Shown: piece after piece, positions 1 through 12,560 of the stretch
Position numbering within the stretch: position 1 is the first letter of the stretch
Layout of the letters: every line of letters starts with the position of its first letter
NCBI RefSeq assembly: GCF_009914755.1
Contig: NC_060929.1
Length of the DNA stretch: 64,000 bases
From: the human T2T-CHM13v2.0 reference genome, Homo sapiens
Reading direction: 5' to 3' (one strand)
Made by a program: the position numbers and the translations under genes
Notes under the pieces: model-generated
The model's database searches: none
Seen by the model: the letters and a program-made list of their open reading frames with translations, nothing else
Told to the model about the DNA's origin: nothing

Positions 1-324
1 GGGCACATGGTCATCATTCCTTCAGTGGTTGTTGTTAATGATGCTGTTGTTATGGTGATGCTTGTTATTATTACTGTTACCTGAAATGCTGCGCTACCCT
101 GTCTACCTCAAAGTCTCATTATGGGAATGAGATGAAATTAAAAATGCAAGATTAATGAGCTAAACGATGCAATGAGGACGTACAAGAGGGTGCTGATTTT
201 CACAGAAGGAGAGAACCCTGAGGAGAACTTTCTAGTCTGGTGGCCGAGAAAAATGTGACCTTCAAAGCAGACATTCCAAACCTGGAGTGTGCCCCTGCGG
301 TCTCCAGGTCATCTGGATTCAAGC

Positions 325-510
325 AATGGCTCTTAACTCTTATCCTTATCAGCATCGACTGAAGAGCTTGTTAAATGCAGGTTACCAGGGCCCACCCATA
401 AAGATACTGATTCGGTGGTTCTAGGGTGGGCCTCAGGAATCTACATTCTTAACAGACATCTCAGATTATTTTGATAGAGTTGAAAAGATCCTCGTACTTT
501 TGGAAAACAC
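325..510. mobile_element. MER5-family hAT-Charlie MITE fragment
   Basis: gagcttgttaaatgcag...gattcggtggttctagggtgggcc...gaatctacattcttaaca motifs. Confidence 0.6.
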
Positions 511-980
511 AGGATTCCAGGCATGGCAGGTCACTAAGTGTGCTTTGTGATAGATTTGGATAGTGATGTCTTTGAATGTATACCCTGGGTCAGCAAAAAC
601 GCATGGCCCTTCTAGGAGGAGATAAGTTAAGATGCCTACAGCCTTGGCCAGACCCCTGTTTTCCAGGATGTCTTGTCCTAAATAATTGCCTTGCTATAAC
701 AGGCCTGTGTGGATTTATGGTCTCACATTTAATTTCAGCCGCTATTCATTAATCCTGATGATCTCACTTAAATTATTAAACAGTCATATATTCCAATTTT
801 GAGGGCACTAATTATATCCTTGAGAGGCTGTTATTATGTGGATGATCAGATACACTCAGCCAACACTAAACTGTTTTCTCCTCACTCATCAGAATTTTAT
901 ACTTTTTCAGGATTTTTTCAGTTGCCACGTGTGTTTTATGTGACAAGATCTCAGAGCTGAGGAGTTATGAAATATGAGAG

Positions 981-1162
981 CAGAGGTTCTCAAATTTTGG
1001 TGTGCATAAGAATCACCTGGGAAGAATGTTTAACATGCAGATTCCCCGGGCCCTGTGAGTGTCCAGGTCCTCAGTCTCGGTGGAGTCCAGGAATCTGTGT
1101 TGTAACCAGCTTTCTGAGGATTGTGATGCAGCCAGTTCTGGGACCCTGAGCTGAGAAACTCT
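981..1162. mobile_element. MER5A-like DNA transposon
   Basis: Termini cagaggttctcaaa...tgagaaactctg; internal agaatcacctggg and catgcagattcc. Confidence 0.75.
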
Positions 1163-1189
1163 GCCTTCAGATGTTACTGCTGGTAGAAG

Positions 1190-1415
1190 CTCTCAAGAGA
1201 TATTTGATGAGAACAAATACTGAGTGATGAGAACAGTCCCCTCATTTTTCAGTAGGGAAACTGACACCCAGAGAGGGGAAAGCTCTCCTTCAAAGCCCCA
1301 CGGCAGAGACACAGCTGACATCTCTGGCCCATTGTAAGGATCAAATGAGATAATAGATGGGAAAGCACTTTGGAAAGTATTCAGCACTCTATAAATACAA
1401 GGAGGCACTATTATT
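1190..1415. mobile_element. MIR fragments
   Basis: cccctcatttt...gggaaactga...cagagagggga and taaggatcaaatgagataatag...aaagcactttg core motifs. Confidence 0.55.
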
Positions 1416-2128
1416 TTCAAGTTGGGCCGGCCTTGTGACAGAAATGGCTTAGTACTTTCTCTCTAAATTACCATAATCACCTGTTTGAGGCCTCAACCAA
1501 GCCCATAACTCTAAATTCACTAGGCATGGAATAAATTCCTCCTGAAATGTCCAATAAAAAATATTTTATAGAAGAATGTGCTTGAGGCCCTGCCTGGTCC
1601 TCGGTCAGAAATTTCCTTTTTTCTGTTGCCTCATCCCATCAATTCTGGGGGGTAGATTACATCTCCTCCAACCTCAGGGTACCTGGTTAAAAAGCCCTAC
1701 TTTCCAGCATGTGGCCCTTCTTGGGACATATAAAACTCACCCATGAACATTTTTGCCCTCAAAATCCTTCCTCAATATGAGCCCACTTCTAACATCTTTG
1801 TGGCTTTGGACATAGGAAAGCTGATATCAGGGCACCCCAGGTCTTAGTTCCTTTAGTTCAGAATACTCACTGGCTCGGGTTTGCTGCCAGTGTCCTTTGA
1901 GGCCAGGTCGCTGATCCTGATGGCTGCCTCTGTGCTCCTGTGTGTGTTTGTCCTGCTGTGTCATGATTAACTGGATAGCTAATTCATATTCATATTACAT
2001 TAGAATCACGCTCCTTGAAGGGTTCATCAGTGGGATGTGCATCTATGCTCATCTTCCCATGGCTCCCTCCAGGTTTTAGAAGACCCTGTTTGTATCCCAG
2101 TCCATAAGTTCCTTCCACTACAAAATAA

Positions 2129-2449
<321 letters not shown>

Positions 2450-3099
2450 AATACATTTCTAAAAAAGGTGGTGGTAGACTGAGTTCAAGAACAGATATTC
2501 CGCTTCTATTCACATTTCAACCTTTATTTTTAAATATTTCTTCTACACTCCTACGGATCCTATCTCTTGGCGAGCCCTCCACATGCAAAAGCTCAAGTTC
2601 AGGTATTTGCAAGTTACCCACACACAAAGTCTATTTTTAAATCTAGAAGAAATCAAGGCTTTCCACTGATATTAGAAAGCCGAGTTTTCCCAGGCAGCAT
2701 GACTTCAGAGTTCAGGGAATTTCTGCACTGTTTTCAGGAATCTTCACCCAACCTGTACATTTTAGAGATGAGAATATACATTTAGGGACTTCCTAAAGTC
2801 ATATGGCTGGGTAATGACAAGTCGTGCTCCACCTTCAGGGAGCACCTATTGCTGGCCAGGCATAGCCCTGACAAGCTGCCAGGCCCCTCCAAAAATCAGG
2901 CCCACAGTCATAGCCCCCGAGTCCAGGCTGTCTGTCCCCAGTGGGCATGCTGCAGCAGCAGAACTGTCCACGTGCTCAGAAGGCAAATCTGCCAGCAGCA
3001 GGTATGGACACTCTAGTTGGGTCCTTTTTTGTTCCTTGGCTGACTTAATATAATGAGCCAAAGATGCATCAAAACTCATCCTCCCCCCACCCCCACATA

Positions 3100-4340
3100 T
3101 GATTGAGGGATAATTGACAAGTAAAAATTGTGTATATTTAAGGTGTACAATGTGATGATCTGATATATATATACATTGTGAAGTCATACCACAATCAAGC
3201 TAATTAATGTGTTCATCACCTCCCATAGCTACCTTTTTTGTAGTGAGAATATTTAAGATCTATTCTTTTAGCAAACTTCAAGTACATAATACAGCATTAT
3301 TAACTATATTCACCATGCTGCACATTAGGTCTCCAGAACTTACTCATCTTTGAACTGAAAGTTTGTACCCTTTGACCCACATCTCCCTATTTCCCCCACC
3401 CGGAGCCCCTGGAAATCACCATTCTGCTCTGTAACTATGAGTTCAACTTTTTTTAGATTCCTCATATGAGTGAGATCATGCGGTATTTATCTTGTGTGTC
3501 TGGCCTATTTCACTTAGCATAATGTCCTCCAAGTTCATCCAGGTTGTTACAAGCAGCAAATTTCCACCTTTTTTTTTTTTTTTTTTTTTTTTAAGACAGA
3601 GTTTCACTCTGTTGCCCAGGCTGGAGTGCAGTGCCCCAGTCATGGCTCACTGCAACCTTGACTTCTCTGGGCTCCAGCAATCCTCCCACCTCAGCCTCCT
3701 GAGTAGCTGGGACTACAGGCCTGCACCACTACACCCGGCGAATTTTTTTTTTTTTTGTATTTTTTGTAGAGCCAGGGTTTCACCATGTTGCCCAGGCTAG
3801 TCTTGAACTCTGGGGCTCAAGTGATCCACCCACCTCAGCCACCCAAAGTGCCTGGGACTACAGTTGTGCACCACCACACCCGCCTAATTTTTTTTTTTTT
3901 TTTTTTTTTGTATTTTTTGAAGAGCCAGGGTTTCACCATGTTGCCTAGGCTGGTCTTGAACTCCTGGGCTCAAGTGATCCACCCACCTTAGCCACCCAAA
4001 GTGCCTGGGATTACAGGCATGAGCCACCATGCCTGGCTATTTCCTTCTTTTTTAAGGCTGAATAATATTCGTGTGTGCGTGTGTGTGTGTGTGTGTGTGT
4101 GAGATAGATACACACACACCACATTTTCTTTATTCATCTGTTGGTGGACACTTAGGTTGTTTCCATATCTTGGCTATTGGGAGTAGTACTGCAATGAACA
4201 TGGCAGTACAGATATCTCTTAAGGATAGTGATTTTATTCTCTTTGGATATATATCCAGAAATGAGATTGCTGGATCATATGGTAGTTCTGTTTTTAACGT
4301 TTTGAGGAACCTCCATACTGTTTTCCATAATGGCTGTATG
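3100..4340 (-). mobile_element. Old L1 (L1MA-type) 3' end, interrupted by an Alu
   Basis: L1 3'UTR; the minus-strand ORF 4130-4375 (LWKTVWRFLKTLKTELPYDPAI...) resembles the ORF2 C-terminus. Confidence 0.9.
3569..4038 (-). mobile_element. AluJ-type element with a duplicated left arm
   Basis: Right arm followed by two copies of linker plus left arm. Confidence 0.9.
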
Positions 4341-5044
4341 GAAAATATGAGCCAAAGCTCATTCTCTAATAACATTTCTTGACTAGTGCATTCAAGTATC
4401 TGCCCTGTCTTAACATTTTAGCTAATTGCTAACACAGCACATGCAGTACATACTTTCAGCAGGACTGAACATTTTTAGTCATCTAACAAAGACATTTCAT
4501 CTCATGACAAGTTTTTTGGACATACCTCAATGTGCTGTGTCTGTAGCTAACTTAATTACAGGAGCCGCCTTGGCAGTACCAGGAACCAAATGTTATGACC
4601 AGCAACTCTCCTATAGGTAGTACTGCTTTTATAACAGTGTAAATCACAGTTGTGCCAATTTTTTTTTTAAAGAAGCTAAATGGAAGATTTAAACCTTAAG
4701 TTGTTTGGGCTTTGAATCCTTGTGTTCTTAGAACACAAGCTTTAGTCAGACAGCAGACTTTGAGCTAGTACTTAACCTCTCTGTGCCTGATTGAGTAAAA
4801 CTGGGCTACTTTCTCAGAGTTTTATAGATTAATTGAGATATTTTGTGTAGAGAGCTTAGAACAGTGGCTGGCTCAGAGCATCTATCAACCTTGATACCAT
4901 CATATTCCTTGCTAGGAAATTCTGTGTTTATTCATCCCTTCTTTTTCTTTCATCCTCCTTTCTAGTTCCACATTGAAGATCCCAAACTTAAACCATCATT
5001 AATAATAATATATGAGAACAGTAATAAATGTCACCATTTATTAA

Positions 5045-5186
5045 CACCTAATGTGTGCCAAGATCTGTTCATTTATGATCTCACCGAGTCCTGTGAGGTT
5101 GGCATTGTTGTCTGGCATTGTCTGATATACAACAGTGCCAACCTCACAGGACTCAGTGAGGTGAAACTGAGGATTAGGAAGGTGTA
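5045..5186 (+). ncRNA. MIR1294: Intronic microRNA precursor miR-1294 (mature TGTGAGGTTGGCATTGTTGTCT at 5092-5113)
   Basis: Near-perfect ~34-bp stem (5078-5111 pairs with 5129-5162); the mature sequence is recognised from memory as miR-1294. Confidence 0.88.
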
Positions 5187-5307
5187 AACTGGACAAGCGC
5201 ATGGCAGAGTCAGAATCCAAACTCAAATTTATTTGGATCAAGAGTGATACACTATTATGCGCTACTTCCTGTTACCTCCTATGTGGTGATAGGAATAACT
5301 TATAAGG

Positions 5308-5602
5308 ATTTTTTTTTTTTTAGACAGGATCTTGCTCTGTCATTCAGGTTGAAGTGCAATGATGCAACCATAGCCCACTGCAGCCTCAAACTCCTGGGCT
5401 CAAGCAGTCATCCTACCTCGCCTCCCAAGTAACTGGGACTATAGGCATGCACCACCACACCCAGCTAATTTTTAATTTTTAGTAGAGACAAGGTCTCGCT
5501 GTGTTGCCCAGGCTGGTCTCAAATTCCTGAGCCCAAGTGATCCTCCCGCCTCTGCCTCCCAAGGTGCTGGGATTACAGGCGTGAGCCACCACCACACCCA
5601 GT
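5308..5602 (-). mobile_element. AluJ
   Basis: Full dimer; flanked by acttataaggattt and acttctaaggattt (TSD). Confidence 0.9.
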
Positions 5603-7366
5603 CTACTTCTAAGGATTTAATGCCTTATGTTTTCTTCATTTATTTCTCATAGAACCATTCACTCTTAGCACTTTGACTTTGAAAATCAGGGACCAGGTTG
5701 AGCCAGACAAAATATTCACCTATAAGGAGAAGGAATGAAAAACCAGACATTTTTCTACTTGGCTATCAATCCCCAAGTTTGATTTGCTGAGAATTTTTTC
5801 CCCTCTAAAATAGAGTCTGATTTTCTTTCCCTTCAACCTTCATGTCACTGGAAAATTTTAAATTTAAATAGATCCTAAGGGGGTGGCTCAAGGCTCTCAT
5901 TGAAGGTTTATTATCTGCTGGAAGGCTGTAATGTAATTGCAAGGTATCATTTAAAGAGCTGTCTGTCTGTGTGAACCACCTTGTTCTGAATACCTGTTCC
6001 TGCATAGAGCCAGAAGATGTACATTTATTTATCAGTGGTGGTTCATAGCTGCCTTAGATCAATCGTATTATTCTTCCTCCACGGCTCAAGCCCCAAAATA
6101 AATGGCTTGTGATGTACAGAGCGTTGAAATCATTTGTATATCATCAGTCATTTGTTTCTCTTCTGTCATTTGCATTTTGATGGACAGCCATATGTTTGGG
6201 GGATTTCATTTTTATTACAGCCTTTGGTCACATTGTCCATTTGTAATACCATCTTAGATATTAATTACCCCAATTAGAGAAGGCCCTTTCAAATATTACA
6301 TCACCTCCAAGTCGCGCTATTCATACCATAAAGCTATAAATGCCAACTATTGTTTTATTCTTCCTTTTTGACACCTGCTTCTCTATGGAGAGGTATTCTT
6401 TCCCAGAGTTTGTCATCAGTGATAAGAGAAAATATCTTTGTGTAGAGGGGTAGGGAATTATTGTTTTTCCTCCATAAATACCTCATCAATTCAGTGGCAT
6501 TGTGGAGTAGAACATCCATTAGTGACTTTTCTAGGTGTTGGTATGAGAACAAGTAGACAAGCTTTGGTTCCAGCCCTACCAGTAAATAAATAGCTTTGTG
6601 ATCTTGAGCAAATTACATCACTTCTTTGTGCTTCAGTGTCTGCATCTACAAAGTATGGATGACTTCTAAGATCTTGTCAAGCTTTAAATCCTAGGACCCT
6701 ATGATGACTTTCTTCACCTCTTCCCTAGAGTTTAAGAGTTATAAATTGATAACTTTTCAATGTCTTAATATCAGTTATATCTTTTTCTAAATCTTCTCCC
6801 TTACTGCAAACTCTTAGATGATGTTTACTTCTTGTCACCTCCAGTGTGTCTGTCCCTAGAAGGCTTGTACGCTTTCTAATTTGCCATTTCAATTCAGCTG
6901 GAATAAGAAACCCAGTTATTAGTTTTTCAAGTATTATCTAAAGTACGGGTTAAATAGATCCTAAGGGGGTGGCTCAAGGCTCTCACTTGAGGTTAGACTT
7001 TATGAGCCATGTTTAAGTGGCCACAGAGACAGCGAACCCTTTATTTATATTATTTTAAATAAAAATAATCAGGAAAGGCTTCCTAGATAGGTGTCATTGC
7101 CTAGTAAAGGAGGTTCCTTGGGCTAAGGGAACAGCATAAGCAAAAGCACTGAGGCAGGATGGTCTCTCAGCAGTCCTGAGCAGTGATTGTCAGGAGGCTG
7201 TACCTCCTGAGTTACTGTACCTCTGTCCTCCCTGCTGAGCCTGGAGATCATTTCCTGATCCCCAAGGAGACCCATAATCTGACAAAGATTCCAGGTAGAA
7301 AAAGTAGTCTGGGAGTTGTAATTTAAATTCTGAAATATCAGAATTTCCAGACATTTAAAAAATTTC

Positions 7367-7676
7367 TCCGGGCAAGGTGGTGTGTGCCTGTAGTCCTAGC
7401 TACTCCGGAGGCTGAGGCAGGAGAATAGCTTGAGCCCAGGAGTTTGGGGCTTTAGTGCACTATGCTGATCGGGTATCTGCACTAAGTTTGGCATCAATAA
7501 GGTGACCTCCTAGGAGCAGGGGACCACCAAGTTGCCTAAAGAGGAGGGAACCAGCCTGATTGGAAACAAAGCAGGTCAAAACTCCTGTGCTGATCGGTAG
7601 TGGGATTGTGCTTATGAATAGCCACTGCACTCCAGCCTAGGCAACATAGCAAGACCCCATCTCTGAAAAAAAAAAA
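7367..7676 (+). pseudogene. Full-length processed 7SL (SRP RNA) pseudogene
   Basis: Alu-domain ends surround the S-domain (gtgcactatgctgatcggg...gcaggtcaaaactcc...tagtgggat), which Alus lack; ends in poly(A) at 7666-7676. Confidence 0.93.
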
Positions 7677-7827
7677 TTTTTTTTAGCTTTCAGTATGTTA
7701 GTGTTTATGAGTCAGTGGGAACAGACTATTTGAAATTAGAGCTGAGACCAGTAATGCAGGATGTCTGGTCACCGTGGTTATCAGTTATAGAAGAACCATA
7801 AGCCCTGGTCCCTCCTGAATTCCAGGA

Positions 7828-8008
7828 GCTGTGTTGTCTGTTACAGTAGCCACTAGCCACACATGGCTATTCACATTTAAATTAAAATTCAATAAAATTA
7901 AAACGTTAGTTCCTCAGTCACACAAGCCACATTTCACATGCTCAATAGCCGTATGTAACTGAGACAGCACAGATACAGATCATCACAGAAAATTCTGTCG
8001 GACAGCCC
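7828..8008. mobile_element. MER3-like hAT-Charlie element
   Basis: gtagccactagccacacatggctatt...aaaattc...gttcctcagtcacac...ggacagc. Confidence 0.8.
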
Positions 8009-8060
8009 TACTCTAGAGACAAGTGTGGAACACATGACACAGCCGTGAACATTTAGTCCC

Positions 8061-8141
8061 TGGCTGCTCTGCCTATGCAGTAGCCATTTTTTTGTTTCTT
8101 TACTTCTCTAATAAAGTTGCTTTCCTTTAAAAAAAAAAAAA
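8061..8141 (+). mobile_element. Polyadenylated retrocopy of an ERV1 LTR 3' end (MER41/LTR8-like)
   Basis: gctgctctgcctatgcagtagccattttt...aataaagttgctttc followed by A13; degenerate TSD. Confidence 0.65.
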
Positions 8142-8289
8142 TGTAGTCCCCATAGAACTGGAGACACTGAGAATGGGGTAGGGGCCAGTGGTTGTTCTAT
8201 AATGTCAGGACTTGCTCTGTTCTTCAGCATGGCTGGGGCATGGTGCAGGATCCTGGGTCCGCAGTCCACAGCTCAAACATCCATTGCAA

Positions 8290-9465
8290 CCAGTGCAGGA
8301 AAATAAACTCACTCCTACTCTGCTAGTGGGAGTATAAATTGACAGGCCAAATTGGCAGTTTGTATCAAAACACCTTAAATATGAGCATATCCTTTGATCT
8401 AGCAATTCCATCTCTAGAGATTTTTCTAAGGAGACAATCAAAGATAGTTAAATAGATGTATGTGCAGGGTTATTCACCATAATGCTGCTTATCATACAAA
8501 AACCAATGGAAGTAGCCAGTAGCATGCTGGTAAAAGTTAACAACAAGCTGGAGTAAAGGGGAGGAGCCCTGATTTGTTGCATTTGCTGATTTCTGTGGCG
8601 TAAAAACTCCCACCTTGGCTGATTTCAAGCTACCAATGGAACAGAGCTGGGAAGAGATGTTCACAGTTGCTTCTTGTGAGCCTGTGCAAGCTCGCTCCCG
8701 CACACCGCTAGCAAATAGTCTAAGTGTCTGAAAAAAGGAGACCAAGTAAGTAAATCGTGGTAGAAAATTCCATGAAGCCATTAAAAATATGCTGTAAGCC
8801 GGTGGTTCTTAAACTTGAGGGTACACCAGAATCACCAGGAGGGCTCGTTAAAACCTAGTTTGCTGGGTCCCCCCACTTGTAGTTTCTGATTCAGCAGGTC
8901 AAGTCTGGCTGAGAACTTGCATTTCTAACAAGTTCCCAGGAAATGCTGTGAGAACTACTGTTGTAGAAGAAACTTTGATGACATGATAATTACCAAAAAT
9001 ATCCCATTTTGTGAGTATGTATGTATGTATGAAAATAATAGCTACACTGATTGAATTTGTATAATGTGACAAGTGCTATGCCAATCAATTGATGTGCATT
9101 ACCTTGTTTATTCCTCATTACTGTGAAGAAAATAATGTTATTGTTATCCCCATTTTGCATACAAAGAAACTGAGATTTAGAGAAGTGAGGAATCTTCTCC
9201 CACACATCTAGTGGGATGTGAGACAGGATTTGAACTTGGCAGCTGACCTGAGGGCCTGCCCTCAAACCACTCTAGTGTGCAGCCTTGTGTCCACTCATCT
9301 GGAGCTCACCTGGGGCTCACCTAAGGCAGTGCCACACTGAAACACAACCAAATACCCATGGTTATTTCTAGGTGATAGAATCACAGAAGATTTCTGTGTT
9401 TTACTGCTTGCTTTTATGTGTTTTCCAAATTTTCTACAATGCAATATTTTTATAATCAGAAAAAA
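8290..9465 (+). mobile_element. Ancient L1M 3' fragment split by nested MER63A (~8517-8710), MER5A (~8800-8960) and MIR (~9035-9275)
   Basis: L1M motifs (ggcagtttgtatcaaaa, agcaattccatctctag, ccaaatttctacaatg) interleaved with recognisable MITE/MIR sequence (gatttcaagctacca; cagaatcacc...catttctaacaagttcccagg). Confidence 0.7.
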
Positions 9466-12174
9466 TATCCAACATAGTAAACATGATAAATTGGAAAGGC
9501 CATTGTGACTTTGGTTCACTGTGCACACACCTTGTTCCTGGCTCCTTTGGTTTGAGTGGCTTCCGCTCGTCTGTAACCCACAGTCCAGATTGACTTTGCT
9601 CAGCCACTAGCATCCGTTCACTTTAGACTTTATGAAGTTTTCACTTTGGGTACCTTACCTGATCCCCACAGCAATCCTATGGGTTTGGCCATCTGACTGC
9701 TTCCACTTTATAAATGAGGCAACTGAGACTTTAATAAAGGAAAATGACTTGCCTGAGGTTACACACCTAAGTAGAGTTATTTCCCTTCAGTTATGACTCA
9801 TTTATTTTCTGGTTCCTGCTCCTAGTTCACAGTGTAATTCAATGGCTACCATTTATTGAACACTTACTGTGTGCCAGGTATTTTACTTACTGCATTTTAA
9901 CTTTGCAACAACCCCAACAGGAAGACATTATCATCACCTTTTTAGAGGTGAAAATGAGAATCAGAAAGGCTGTGTGCCGTGTACAGGGATGCACAGCCAG
10001 TTGATGATTCCAAAGCCCATTGATTCACTTAGGGAATATTTATGAAATACCCACTCTGTATCTGTTTACCAGATACCTGAGTTTCTAGCATTGGCCATTC
10101 CTGGCCTGACTCTGCACCCAGCACCCTGACCTGGGCCTCAGGGACTGTTCCCAGGCAGGGCTCACAAGGGAAGGCTCCCTCAGCCACCCCCGGCTCCAGC
10201 TACTCTTCCACACCCCAAACTCAACACGGCCCACTGGTGGGAATAACTGAGTGCTGACAGCCCCTCTGCAAGTGGACATAAAGTTCACCTGTTTAATTTG
10301 GGTTTCCACCTGGGGATCCTGGCCCTAGATAAAGTGCTTACTATGTCCCAGGTGTAGTTCTAAGTGAGTTACCCTCACATCTCAGTAATTCTTCACAGCA
10401 GCCTTGTAAGGGAGGTATAATATTATCCCCATTTTGCCCATGAAAACCCTGCAGCTGGGAGAGGTTAAGTAATTGGCCCAAGATCGCACAGCTAGTAAAC
10501 GGAAGCTGGGAGCTTCCCTGGGCTGGGTGGGCCCCAGGTACCTACCACTGCTTTCTACCATCTTGCCCCCAGAGGTCTTGCCTGTCATTCAGGAAGAGAG
10601 GAATTGGCCTTGGACCTGTCCCTGTCCTGTGCCATTTTTGAAAATTTTGTCAGCTGCATGTTTGTTCATGCAGAGGCCCATTTAGTAGTGTGTGATGCTA
10701 CAGAGCCCTTTAAATTGTGTTAATTGAGCAAAGCCTTTTGGTTTAAGAAACCTTGACCACCCCGCGGTCTTGCATCGGGACATGGCTATGGCAGGGAAGA
10801 AATTTTCACAGGGCGCCCAACTCAGGTGGACAAAGATGCAAACTTTTTACATAGAATGCAATTTCCTTCTGTCTCAAGCTCTGTGTCATCCGAAGGTGAA
10901 CTTGGATCCAGGAATCCTCACCAGCTCTGACCTCTTCTCCCCTCCTCTCTGATAACTGCCCACTCCCCAAGTCCAGAAGAGTTTGCAGTCCAGGGCACGG
11001 ATGAGGCCTCGGAGGGCTGGTTACTTACTCAGCAGATGTTCCTCCACACGGATTGCTGTGTCAGGACCTTGGTTTTTGCTGAAAACTTTTGTTTGTTTTG
11101 TTTTCTGATGTTGATTATGGCTTTCATCTCTGAGGGCAGTGGAGTTCAAGGTGAATTCTGTTTATGTTTTGGGTTGTGGTGGAGCTAGTGAAGCCGCAAT
11201 TATGAGCGAAAACAGATTGCAATGACACCACCCCCCGCAAAACGACCTTCTAAATATCATCCTACCATACTCAATTTAATCATTACCAACCCCTGGCTAA
11301 GCTTCTCACAGGGGAAACACTTTCCACGCCACCCAGAGGAGTGGAGCAAAGCTGCAAAAAGGACTTTCGTCCTCAGCACCCCACCTTCCAAGGGGAGCAC
11401 AGCTCCTTGGAGTCACTGTGGCCAGTGGGAAGGAATGAGCAACGTCCCTCAGGCGCATTGGGTGGAAGGGAGGGCTAGACCACTGAGCTGGGCTGTCTGT
11501 GTCTTTCTCTGCCGAGCCCTTGCCACAAACCAGGCCTTGGGCTAGACTTTAGGGATACCCTGATGAACAAGAAGACATGGGCCCTGCCCTGAGGGCCTGA
11601 GATTCTATGGCAAAATGAAGTCTATGCTGTGAGAGAATAGGCAACAGGCAGTGGAAGTTCGGAGAAGAGTGATTCATTCCCTCTCACTTTTCCTCCTGGC
11701 AAATCCTGTTCATCCTTCTGGACCAAACTCAAGAGTCCCCTCCTCTGTGATGCCTTCCCCATCTCTTGTCCTCAGACAGCCTTACCTCCCTCTTCCCCCT
11801 TCCTGACTCCCAGCTCTTATGTGGCACCTGCCCTTGTACTTCCATGCTGACCCTCCCATAGACCATGTCTTAGTTACTTCTGTGTCCCAGTACTCGCCAC
11901 AATGCCAGATGCATAGCGACATCATTAAGTGTTGAATTAATGAATAGGTATGAGAGCACCTTTGAGTACTTGAATCGCAACCCACCAGTACTCTGTATTC
12001 TAACCTACCATTCCCTAGCATTGTGAGATACTGTGGGCTGGGACGTGCTATAAGGGTGTCACAAGTAATTTTGTGACCGTTCCAAAAGCATCAGTGTTTG
12101 TGAATGACTTACTTTTATCTTACAAATTAGATCAAATGTATGGTTATTCTTTGTCATACTTAAGCCTGTGTCCT

Positions 12175-12560
12175 CTAGAAAACAGAGACTAAGGCAGGAT
12201 TAAGTCACTGACAGTTTATTTGGGGAAGGGGAGTGTGAGCCTGAGACAGCGATGGTGAGGATAAAAGGGAAAGTGATTCAGGAAACTTCAAGGGGTGATG
12301 ACTGCAGCTTTCTCTTCACAGTAGTGCCAACACCCAGCAGGTATGCTCTTGCAGCATGGGGGCACTGCTTCAGTAGCTCACCAGGGGGAACAGCATCTCA
12401 GAGGAGTCCGTAGACAGAGAGAAAAGGAAGTTTTTCTACCTGATTGTCTCTCATCTCCTGCTTCCCATTGGTCATAGTCCCAACTGACTTCCCAGTTGTG
12501 TCATCCAGTTCTGTGGTGGCTACTCAGAAAGCCCCATCCCATGCCCCAGTGTAGTGTGAT
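12175..12560. mobile_element. Degenerate ERVL-MaLR (MLT1-type) LTR
   Basis: agaaaacagagactaaggcagga...agtttatttgggga motif. Confidence 0.45.

Noticed and set aside
4130-4375. L1 ORF2-like peptide as a gene
   Set aside because: Fragment of a dead, truncated, Alu-interrupted L1.
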